This document shows, one piece after another, positions 49,566 to 57,905 of a stretch of 64,000 nt of DNA. The stretch's first letter is position 1; every line of letters begins with the position of its first letter. The DNA is from Myxococcota bacterium (GTDB taxonomy: Bacteria; Myxococcota_A; SURF-8; G963663525). The notes under the pieces were generated by a model. The model made no database searches. It was not told the DNA's origin and saw nothing but the letters and a program-made list of their open reading frames with translations. The position numbers and the translations under genes were made by a program. The DNA lies in assembly GCA_963676915.2 (NCBI GenBank), contig CAXXVK010000011.1, positions 1 through 64,000 of the forward strand, given 5' to 3'.

Positions 49566-49905
49566 TCTTTGAAAATCGCTTGTGAAAAGAAAATAAAAAC
49601 ACTTTTGTTTTTGTAATTGCTTGAAATTGCAGGATGTATAACGCAATGCGTTTATTGTGATGATTGGACGGTTTCTGCATCACCTTGTGATTTTTATCCG
49701 TCTGCACTGTAGTCCGAGAGCCAGAAATGACGCAGGGATGTTTCACTGTAGTGTTATAGTGTTGCAATTCGATACAGTATTTGTTATACATAAACACTAT
49801 AGTCCAAGAGTACAATGCTCTTGGAACGTAACGCGGAATGTCGAAAACGTAGTTTCCCTTTTACCTGGAAGCCGCGCTCGGGATGGTTGTGCGATGAGGA
49901 ATGTG

Positions 49906-51246
49906 ATGATACATGGAAAGCGACTCGACTCCGGATACTTCCCGTTGATCCTCGATTGTGTAAGTCAGGGAATTTTCACCGTAAATGCCCGTGGGAACAT
50001 CACCACGTTCAACCGGGCGGCCTGCGATATCACCGGTTACAACGAAGATGAAGTGCTGGGCCGGCCCTGCCGGGAGATTTTCAAAAGCGATCTGTGCGAC
50101 ACCGTATGTCCGATGCGGCAGTCCATCGACACACGAGAAGAGGTGCGCAACAGGGAAGTGATGATCCAGACCAAACAAGGACGACACATCCCGATTTCGG
50201 TCACGACGACCCCCATGGTGACCCGGACTGGGAAACTGATGGGAGGTGTCGAAGTTTTCAACGATCTTTCAAAACTCCACAATTTACGCAGACAACTCGA
50301 CGGCAAATACCGCTTTGCCGACATCGTTTCGAAAAATGTGGAAATGCAGAGGATTTTCAAGTTGTTGCCTCTCGTCGCCGAGAGCAACAGCACCATATTG
50401 ATCACAGGCGAAAGCGGAACAGGCAAGGAACTGGTTGCCAAAGCCATTCACAACAGCGGACCTCGCAAGGATCAGCCGTTCGTGGCGATCAACTGTGCCG
50501 CGATGCCGGAAACGCTGTTGGAATCCGAGCTGTTCGGCTACAAAAAAGGCGCGTTTACCGATGCTCGTCAGGACAAACCCGGACGCATCGCCCAGGCCGA
50601 AGGCGGGACGTTGTTTCTCGACGAAGTGGCCGATCTGGCAAAACCTTTACAGGTGAAAATCCTGCGATTTCTACAAGAACATACCTATGAGCCGCTGGGT
50701 TCGAACCGTTCATGGAAAGCCGACGTGCGCATCGTCGCCGCGACCAACCGTGATTTGCAATCGTTGGTGCGAGAAGGGGATTTTCGGGAAGATCTCTATT
50801 TCCGCTTGAACGTGATGGAAATCCGCCTACCTCCGCTACGGCGTCGCTCGGAAGATATCCCCCTGCTGGTGCAGCATTTTATCCGGCGGTATATGTCAAC
50901 CTCCAGCCGGGAAATCAGTGGCATCACCGACGAAGCCCAGGCACTTTTGCTGCGTTATCCTTTTCCTGGAAATATTCGGGAGTTGGAGAACATCATCGAG
51001 CGCGCATTCATTCTCTGTACGGGAACCACGATTGCCCGTGAGAACCTGCCCGACTACATTCGCGAAAGCCAGGAGGATCACCCTTCGGCGCATGGTCCGG
51101 CACTGGACAAACTTGCCCACGCCGAACGCGATGCCATCGTGCAAGCCCTCGAAAAACATGCAGGAAACCGAACCCGGGCCGCCGCAGAACTGGGTATCCA
51201 TCGGGTGACGCTCGTACGTAAACTGAAAAAATACGGAATTTCGTAA
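49906..51246 (+). CDS. PAS-domain sigma54-dependent transcriptional activator (Fis HTH)
   Basis: GESGTGKE, ESELFGYKKGAFTDA, TLFLDE, FREDLYFRLNV, PGNIREL, C-terminal HTH; RBS gagga. Confidence 0.93.
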   Translation: MIHGKRLDSGYFPLILDCVSQGIFTVNARGNITTFNRAACDITGYNEDEVLGRPCREIFKSDLCDTVCPMRQSIDTREEVRNREVMIQTKQGRHIPISVTTTPMVTRTGKLMGGVEVFNDLSKLHNLRRQLDGKYRFADIVSKNVEMQRIFKLLPLVAESNSTILITGESGTGKELVAKAIHNSGPRKDQPFVAINCAAMPETLLESELFGYKKGAFTDARQDKPGRIAQAEGGTLFLDEVADLAKPLQVKILRFLQEHTYEPLGSNRSWKADVRIVAATNRDLQSLVREGDFREDLYFRLNVMEIRLPPLRRRSEDIPLLVQHFIRRYMSTSSREISGITDEAQALLLRYPFPGNIRELENIIERAFILCTGTTIARENLPDYIRESQEDHPSAHGPALDKLAHAERDAIVQALEKHAGNRTRAAAELGIHRVTLVRKLKKYGIS

Positions 51247-51303
51247 ATTTTTCAGTTTCGTTCGGGAACGAACCGAAGAACCTGATTTTTTATAGGAAAA
51301 ATC

Positions 51304-51330
51304 GTAGGTCGGGCAAATTTCTTGCCCGAC
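51304..51330 (+). repeat. GTAG-type REP singlet
   Basis: gtaggtcgggcaaatttcttgcccgac, between convergent genes. Confidence 0.8.
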
Positions 51331-51389
51331 CACCACGTAGAATCCATGTTTTTCTGAGAAAATAGCGACTACAACAAAAGCTTCTGTCT

Positions 51390-52124
51390 CTATCGTTCAC
51401 CTGGAGCATTTTGAGGAATACCCAGGGTCGAAGAAGAAAGCGCCGTGTAGAAATACAGGAAAATACAAACCGACAGCGGTGCCGTTACGAACACTCCTAT
51501 TACAAAGACTATCACCCCGAGAAGATTCAAGAAGAAAAGGGCGACGATCAGAAGGAAAAGTCCCCATTTATACCCTGACATCATTTCCCACGACCGGGAA
51601 AAGGCGTCCTGCACTCCCATGCCGTAATCGACGATCAGGAATGCAGCGAATTGCAGACCGAGTCCGATGATGATACCGGGAACGATCAGCAGAACTAAAC
51701 CGAAAATCACGGCAATTTGCATAATTATTGAGGCCAGAATTAAAGCGAAAAAGCGTTTCAGCCCCGAAAACACGAACATACTGTCAGGTTCCTCGCCGCG
51801 CATGGCACGAATCAACAACAGATTAGGACCGATGTGCAATGGGGCTAACAGATAACTGATGATCTGTTGCCATCCCATATTGGCGACCGGGTCGGCTTCG
51901 GGATCGGGACCGACCATATAGCTCAGAAACGCCATAACGCCGACAAAAAGAATCATTACAAATATTGCGCCATACACGAGACCGGTACGGGATTTGAAAA
52001 AATCCCAGCCTCCAGCAAAACAGACGCCGACCGACAAATCCGGGCGCTGTACCTGAAACGGCGGAGGATTGGGAATCGACGCTTGAGGGTTGTTAGGATC
52101 GGTGGGGTTTCCGTACTGGTCCAT
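51390..52124 (-). CDS. Integral membrane protein (DUF975-like)
   Basis: LVLLIVPGII, AFSRSWEMMSGYKW; about 5 TM segments. Confidence 0.75.
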   Translation of the reverse strand: MDQYGNPTDPNNPQASIPNPPPFQVQRPDLSVGVCFAGGWDFFKSRTGLVYGAIFVMILFVGVMAFLSYMVGPDPEADPVANMGWQQIISYLLAPLHIGPNLLLIRAMRGEEPDSMFVFSGLKRFFALILASIIMQIAVIFGLVLLIVPGIIIGLGLQFAAFLIVDYGMGVQDAFSRSWEMMSGYKWGLFLLIVALFFLNLLGVIVFVIGVFVTAPLSVCIFLYFYTALSSSTLGIPQNAPGER

Positions 52125-52235
52125 CGGGGTCTTCCTTTGAAAGTGGAACGAGAAGCCATTATCCCTGGTCAACGATGGAAATACAAGTTGTTTGCGATTG
52201 GGATATCTTTAAGTAACGCAATAGTTACCACGTTG

Positions 52236-52967
52236 TTATTTCTTTACAAGAAAACCGTGCAGCCAGCATAGAGCTTCGAGGCGGTAGCCTTCGGACATCC
52301 GCGCCGGACGCATCTCCGCCGGGGCTACGAGATCCAGTTGCATACCACCGATTCCCAGTCGCCAGCGTTCCAACATCTGTCCGGTGTGGAAATTGGCGAA
52401 AGGTGCGATTTCCAGCACTCTCCCAGCCACTTTATGATGGCAGTCACGGTCGAGCGAGACGAGAAACGATTCGTTGGTAACGACCTGACCTTCGGCGTCT
52501 TCTTTCAGGCGGATCACCGGCTCGCTGTCCATCTCGTCGGCTTCCAATACGAAACCGGCCACAGCAAGATCCAGATCCACTCCAACGGTGGGAAGATCTT
52601 TGAATTTCCACAGGTTGAGCAGCGAACAGCGGAACACGCCGGTTTCGGTGCGCAGCACGGCAACGACTTCGCCCGGTCGGTCGGGGTGTTTTTCGAGCCG
52701 ATACGCGGGAACCGTCTGAATCTGCTCGCTCACAAATCCTGCTTGACAGGAAACGATCGTAGGTTCGTCCTCGAATCCTCCCGGTTCGGCATCGGCGACC
52801 ACCCAGACATGCAGCCCACGTCCGGCATCCCATTCGAATGCGGCCGTTCCAAGACTTTTGCGCGTTCCTTTGTGAAACGTTCCGTTTTTAATGGCTTGAT
52901 GCGCCAGTTTTTTCAATTCGTCCGGTTGGCTGACATCGAATCCGGCGGCGAGAAAATGTGTACTCAT
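52236..52967 (-). CDS. Hypothetical protein (possibly DUF3881-like)
   Basis: Starts 10 bp after the upstream stop; N-terminal HFLAAGF and C-terminal NFHTG...CWLHG resemble DUF3881 from memory only. Confidence 0.55.
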   Translation of the reverse strand: MSTHFLAAGFDVSQPDELKKLAHQAIKNGTFHKGTRKSLGTAAFEWDAGRGLHVWVVADAEPGGFEDEPTIVSCQAGFVSEQIQTVPAYRLEKHPDRPGEVVAVLRTETGVFRCSLLNLWKFKDLPTVGVDLDLAVAGFVLEADEMDSEPVIRLKEDAEGQVVTNESFLVSLDRDCHHKVAGRVLEIAPFANFHTGQMLERWRLGIGGMQLDLVAPAEMRPARMSEGYRLEALCWLHGFLVKK

Positions 52968-52977
52968 CGTGTCGTTC

Positions 52978-53955
52978 TCAAGATTGCTTTGCGTCCGAAT
53001 TCAGTTTTCGGCGCGTTTCCTCCCATTGCAGGGTTTCGAAAAAGAGTTTTCGTTCCAGTTTCAGCAGTTCCTCTTCGGACAAACCATCGACAACATTGCG
53101 TTTTTCACCGCACAACAGGGTTGCCAGATGTTTTCCTGCGGCAAGACGGTTGTCATCAATCTCGCCTAAAGCGCGTCGGTTGTCGAGATCCAGAGCTATA
53201 GCCAAAGCTCCACCTGCGCCGGGAAGATCCAGCCGGTGGTTGGGTGGCGGATGATAGCCGTTGTGGAACATTTGCAAGGATTCCCGCACGGCCAGTGCCA
53301 GCAGATTGTCATGGGGTCCGGCGATGCTGTCCGAACGGGTCAGGTATCCGGCGTCGGACGCCGCTTTCGCGCCTTCGGCAACGCCGATATCGAACAGGGT
53401 ATCGAAAGCCTGCCGTGCATAAGCGAACGGTCCGCCTACGGTGGCCGTTGCGGCGAAGTTGATCATCAACTGAATGGTTCCGCCACCGATGGGAATCGTA
53501 CCTCGTTGGAGTTCCGTATAGCCTAAACGTCCGTTCTGGCTCATGCAGACTTTATCGCAGACCAACGCCAGCGTGCATCCCAACCCCAAAGCTTCGTCAT
53601 CGACGGCGGTGACGACGGGAAACGGCGCATATTTGAGCGACATCATCGTCTGTTGCACGTTTTGTATGAAATCGTCAACGGCATTTTCGGAGGATGATTG
53701 GGCCAGTTTCGACAGCAACGGGGCGCAGGTTGGAAAACTGCCGTTTTCGGCGAACAGGACCAATCCTTCGATGGTTGTTTTTTTGCAAAAAGCGATGACT
53801 TCATTCAAAAATGTCGGCGTTTCCTCGTTGAAAGCAACGCTTTGTTGCTCTCCGATGGCATGAAAACGAAGACCGGCAATACGACTTCCGAGATCCAGAA
53901 GATCGGCGAAAGCATTTTCCAGGTGCACGGTGGCGTTTTCCGGTGCGGATGTCAT
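52978..53955 (-). CDS. Crotonase-fold protein resembling the FadN C-terminal domain (degenerate)
   Basis: QQTMMSLKYAPFPVVTAV...ALGLGC...ELQRGTIPIGGG...SEEELLKLERKLF; no N-terminal dehydrogenase domain. Confidence 0.75.
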   Translation of the reverse strand: MTSAPENATVHLENAFADLLDLGSRIAGLRFHAIGEQQSVAFNEETPTFLNEVIAFCKKTTIEGLVLFAENGSFPTCAPLLSKLAQSSSENAVDDFIQNVQQTMMSLKYAPFPVVTAVDDEALGLGCTLALVCDKVCMSQNGRLGYTELQRGTIPIGGGTIQLMINFAATATVGGPFAYARQAFDTLFDIGVAEGAKAASDAGYLTRSDSIAGPHDNLLALAVRESLQMFHNGYHPPPNHRLDLPGAGGALAIALDLDNRRALGEIDDNRLAAGKHLATLLCGEKRNVVDGLSEEELLKLERKLFFETLQWEETRRKLNSDAKQS

Positions 53956-53977
53956 AACGCGAAGCCCCTTCCCGTGC

Positions 53978-55138
53978 TTAGGGTTTTTCCAACAAAATCG
54001 CCGAACCCATGCCGCCGATGGCGGGAAGGGCAGCGAGGCCGTATTTTCCCGAGTCCTCTTGGACCAGCCTATGAACCAGTGTGACGACGAGCCGTGCGCC
54101 CGCACTACCCAGTCCATGACCCAAGGCGATTCCTCCGCCTCGTCGGTTCAATCGCCTGTCGTCAGGGTCGAGGCCGAGTTCCATCAAGCACCCCAGCACT
54201 TGCGCGGCACTGGTTTCGTGCAACTCGATCGGTCCGGCTGCGGAAATTTCCACACCATTGTGCAGCAGAACGTCACCCAGGGATTCGCTGGCGCTCAAGC
54301 CCATGTATTCGGCGGGAACGCCTGCATTGGCAAAGCCTTTGATTCTGGCGAGAATCGGCAGTTCGTGTGTTTTGGCGTAGCCTTCTTCAGCCAGGACAAG
54401 TACTGCGGCGGCGTCGCAATACGGAGCGCTGTTGCCTCGGGTTACGGTTCCCCCGGCCAGAAAAGCCGGTTTGAATTCTTCCAACTCGTCCGGTGAGGCG
54501 TGGTCGATGATGTCGTCTCGATCCACCGGATTATCAGAGGATGCGTCGCAAGTACTGGAAAACGGAAGGATTTCGTTCGAGAACATCCCTTCATCCCTTG
54601 CATGACCGGCTTTGAGATAGCTGAAACGGGCGTAATCGTCCTGTTCGTCTCGTGTGATGCCGAAACGACGAGCCAGATTTTCGGCAGCGATACCGGCAGG
54701 AATATAAGCCTCCGGGTAAACCTCCATCAGTCGTGGCGACGGGCTGGGATTCCATCCGCCGATGGGAATCCGGCTCATCGATTCCACGCCTCCCGCCAGA
54801 GCGATACGCTCGCCCCCGGCCTTGATGGACAGGTAAGCGAATTCAAGGGCGGACATCGACGAGCAGTCCAGACTGTTGATTGTGGCCGAGAATACCTGCT
54901 TGGGCAATCCGGCGGCAATGGTGCAGGTTCGGGCAAGGTTCATCCCCTGTTCACTTTCCTGCAACGCACAACCGACGAAAAACCGCCCGATCCGTTTCAC
55001 ATCCAGTCCCGGAACCGATTCCAGTGTTCCGAGCAGGATTCCTGTCAGCAACTCGTCCGGTCGGCAATTTCCCCAGGCACCGGTTTTCGGTTTTCCAATG
55101 GCCGAACGCTTGGCGGCGACCAGAACCACGTCACTCAT
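53978..55138 (-). CDS. Thiolase-family protein with altered catalytic motifs
   Basis: RPDEL, EQGMNLAR, AGGVESMSRIP, GTVTRGNS, GGGIALGHGLG. Confidence 0.88.
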   Translation of the reverse strand: MSDVVLVAAKRSAIGKPKTGAWGNCRPDELLTGILLGTLESVPGLDVKRIGRFFVGCALQESEQGMNLARTCTIAAGLPKQVFSATINSLDCSSMSALEFAYLSIKAGGERIALAGGVESMSRIPIGGWNPSPSPRLMEVYPEAYIPAGIAAENLARRFGITRDEQDDYARFSYLKAGHARDEGMFSNEILPFSSTCDASSDNPVDRDDIIDHASPDELEEFKPAFLAGGTVTRGNSAPYCDAAAVLVLAEEGYAKTHELPILARIKGFANAGVPAEYMGLSASESLGDVLLHNGVEISAAGPIELHETSAAQVLGCLMELGLDPDDRRLNRRGGGIALGHGLGSAGARLVVTLVHRLVQEDSGKYGLAALPAIGGMGSAILLEKP

Positions 55139-55344
55139 GTATTCCTCCCCTGTTCACGACCGGTAACTCTTAAAAAACGTTGTAAATTCAACCGGTCCCG
55201 AAGGTCAATACGTCTTGTCCCCAAAAATCTGAAAAACAGTGTATCATATTAACAAAAGTTCTAAAAAACGATCTTCTTTAAAAAAAGAGTTCTCAATAAT
55301 TGAGGATGATACCATTTCGCTATCAAGTATCGAAAACATCTTGC

Positions 55345-55406
55345 GGTCGGGCAAATTTCTTGCCCGACTATGCCAAAGTGTCGGGCTAAAAATTAGCCCG
55401 ACCTAC
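55345..55406. repeat. GTAG-type REP doublet (one arm lacks GTAG)
   Basis: ggtcgggcaaatttcttgcccgac ... gtcgggctaaaaattagcccgacctac. Confidence 0.78.
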
Positions 55407-55731
55407 TACTACTAGGATGTGAATTTTTTGTAGGAAAATAGCAAGTCGGATGATTTCACCAGACATAAGCATAAGACATCGTTTAAGACATTGTTGTCCT
55501 TTCAACAAGAGAGAAAATTTCTTTTATTTCAAAGACTTTTTGCAGATTAATTGGAAAAACGATCCTCCCGTGCGAAAATAATCGGGATTGATTGCAAATA
55601 GGGGGACGTCTTGGTTTTTCATGATAAAATCTCTGTAAGCAAAGGATTTTTACACTCCAAGGAAAGCCAAGTCGCTTAAAATCTTCGTGTGGGGTGATTG
55701 ACTGCAACGCACTGGAAAGAGAGAGTACATC

Positions 55732-56394
55732 ATGAATCATCGGTTACTATTCATCGGCTTGTTGTTTTCCATGTTTTTCAGCGCTTGTGGTTTTTTGGAA
55801 GACGACGCCGAGGACAAAAGCGGATTGGGAGAAGCCTGTGTGGAATCCACCGATTGCAAGGCCGGACTGATCTGCAAAAACCAGATCTGTGTGGAAGAGG
55901 AACAGAATCAGGAGGGCGACGAAGATACGGAAGCCGAAGTGCTTGAAAACGAACAGGAAAACGAGGGAGACGCCGAACTCGTCTGGCAGAATCCCGCCGC
56001 GCTCGACCAAATGAAATGGCAGGAGGCGATGGACTACTGCGAAGCTCTGGTGCTCGATGAATCCGAGAACTGGAGACTGCCGACCATCGGGGAACTTCGA
56101 ACACTGGTAAGGGGCTGCGATGCGGTCGTTTCGGGGGGATCTTGTCTCTTGAACGACACCTGCTATGCCTCGAATTGTCGTAACGACGATTGCGACGGAT
56201 GTGCCGAAAACGAAGGCCCGGAAGACGGTTGTTACTGGCAAAGCGGTTTGGAAGGAATCTGCCTGGGATATTGGTCTTCGACCAGCGTCGAAAACGACGA
56301 CGAAAAAGCCTGGTTGCTCGGCTTCGGTTCGGCTGTTATATATTACGGGTCCGGGAAAGAAACCTACAATGGCAACGTTCGTTGCGTGCGGTGA
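55732..56394 (+). CDS. DUF1566 (Lcl-C/C-type-lectin-like) lipoprotein
   Basis: Lipobox FSAC; WQEAMDYC, WRLPTIGELRTL, YWSST...AW...VRCVR. Confidence 0.85.
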   Translation: MNHRLLFIGLLFSMFFSACGFLEDDAEDKSGLGEACVESTDCKAGLICKNQICVEEEQNQEGDEDTEAEVLENEQENEGDAELVWQNPAALDQMKWQEAMDYCEALVLDESENWRLPTIGELRTLVRGCDAVVSGGSCLLNDTCYASNCRNDDCDGCAENEGPEDGCYWQSGLEGICLGYWSSTSVENDDEKAWLLGFGSAVIYYGSGKETYNGNVRCVR

Positions 56395-56395
56395 C

Positions 56396-57898
56396 ATGAC
56401 GCGATTTTTCCTGAACATGTGGATCTTTTGCGCTTTGTTGGGACTCGTGGGGTGTGTCTCCGATGATTCCTACGAAGATCATTCGATGATCGTCGATTCG
56501 GACTCGCCATCAGGTGACGAGGATTCGGAGGCGTTTCAGGAGTCTGCGGACGAGGATCAAAGCGGAGAAAAGCCGTCAGGTTCGTCCTGTCAATTCGGCT
56601 ACGACTTTCAATACGACCGAAAAGCCGCACCGATCCTTCCACCGGATGGGTATTCGTTGATACGCCCCGATTCGCCCGGCGCGGTCGTCTACCCCGAGCC
56701 AGCACCGCCTGGCTTCCGGACTCTCAAAGCGAAATCCGGGAGGGCGTCGGATCTGGTGATGCCGATATCTACCGATGATATGCCGAAATTCGAGCGTGGA
56801 TTCGATTGGGAAGGAGAGAGCCGTTGCTATGAACTGGACGGCGCTGCACAGTACCTGGATGAGGAAGAAGCCTTCGATCTATACGCCGATATTTTGGTTA
56901 AAATGTTTCAATGGCCTATCGACAGTCAGCCCGAACAACGGACGGTACTGGGATTGCGGGGCGCGTATCCCGGAACGTTTGCCTGGCATGGCAACCGCCC
57001 CAATCGTTTCAATGATACGTTGGTTTTGTTGTGGATGGACGATCTAAGGATCAAACATGTACGCGAATTCGCCGGACATACCGATACAGGACCGGTGGAT
57101 TTCGGTGCGGACAGTTCCTCCTCGTTGATTCCCAATCGTCGCTATCAGTATGCCAACGGTTGGCATCGTGGTTACAACGCCTTGCAGATCGATGAATGGA
57201 ACTACATGGTGCGCAACGACACCAACCACAACGGTTACTGGGACAGCGATCGGAATGGGTGGTTGCCACCGGACGGAGATGATTATTATCGGATCGGTTC
57301 GGCCCACAATATTCATTTTGCCAGTGTCGATGCCCCGCTTTTCACCGCGCCGGTCGATTACGCGTCGGCAGGATGTCAGGTCATTCCGGGGATTGTCAAT
57401 TGGACCGAGTTTATCCTGAACGCCTGGACCGGCGAGGGAGATCCGATCGATTACTTTCTCGTGGATGTCCGCGATATTCCGCAAGACGTCTGGAATCCCT
57501 GTGACGAGCCGGACGGTAGCCATGCGTGTCCATACCTCATCGATTCGCTGCCCGCTACGTTGGTTGGAGATACCTCCGAATCCACGCAAAAAGCCTTCGA
57601 TTCCTACAATTGCGAGCCTTCGACCGACGAGAGCGGTCCCGAGATCGTGTATGTATTACTTTTGGAAACCAGCGGAACATTGCAGGCCCACATCTTCGTT
57701 GACGACGAGGACTCGGTTGACCCGGATCTTCATCTTCTCGAAGGGGACGACGCCGACGCCTGCCGGGCGCGGGGGCACCAGTCTATTGAAGTCGAAGTCT
57801 GGCCCGGACGCTACATCCTTATCGTGGATACCTGGGTTGACGAAGCCGGTCGGGAGTATCCCGGTCCCTACCGATTGGAACTCGATCTCCTGCAATAG
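56396..57898 (+). CDS. Lipoprotein with L,D-transpeptidase-like motif and C-terminal PPC-like domain
   Basis: Lipobox LVGC; VLGLRG...NRFNDT...HNIH...SAGCQVI; ESGPEIVY...DPDLHL...PGRYILIVD. Confidence 0.6.
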   Translation: MTRFFLNMWIFCALLGLVGCVSDDSYEDHSMIVDSDSPSGDEDSEAFQESADEDQSGEKPSGSSCQFGYDFQYDRKAAPILPPDGYSLIRPDSPGAVVYPEPAPPGFRTLKAKSGRASDLVMPISTDDMPKFERGFDWEGESRCYELDGAAQYLDEEEAFDLYADILVKMFQWPIDSQPEQRTVLGLRGAYPGTFAWHGNRPNRFNDTLVLLWMDDLRIKHVREFAGHTDTGPVDFGADSSSSLIPNRRYQYANGWHRGYNALQIDEWNYMVRNDTNHNGYWDSDRNGWLPPDGDDYYRIGSAHNIHFASVDAPLFTAPVDYASAGCQVIPGIVNWTEFILNAWTGEGDPIDYFLVDVRDIPQDVWNPCDEPDGSHACPYLIDSLPATLVGDTSESTQKAFDSYNCEPSTDESGPEIVYVLLLETSGTLQAHIFVDDEDSVDPDLHLLEGDDADACRARGHQSIEVEVWPGRYILIVDTWVDEAGREYPGPYRLELDLLQ

Positions 57899-57905
57899 AT
57901 CCGAT

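Noticed and set aside
45937-49616. Long plus-strand ORFs of 560 and 627 aa
   Set aside because: Antisense shadows of the hdrA-like, regulator and kinase genes.
56270-56394. Diversity-generating retroelement at the DUF1566 gene
   Set aside because: No template repeat or reverse transcriptase seen in the window; a remote DGR cannot be excluded.
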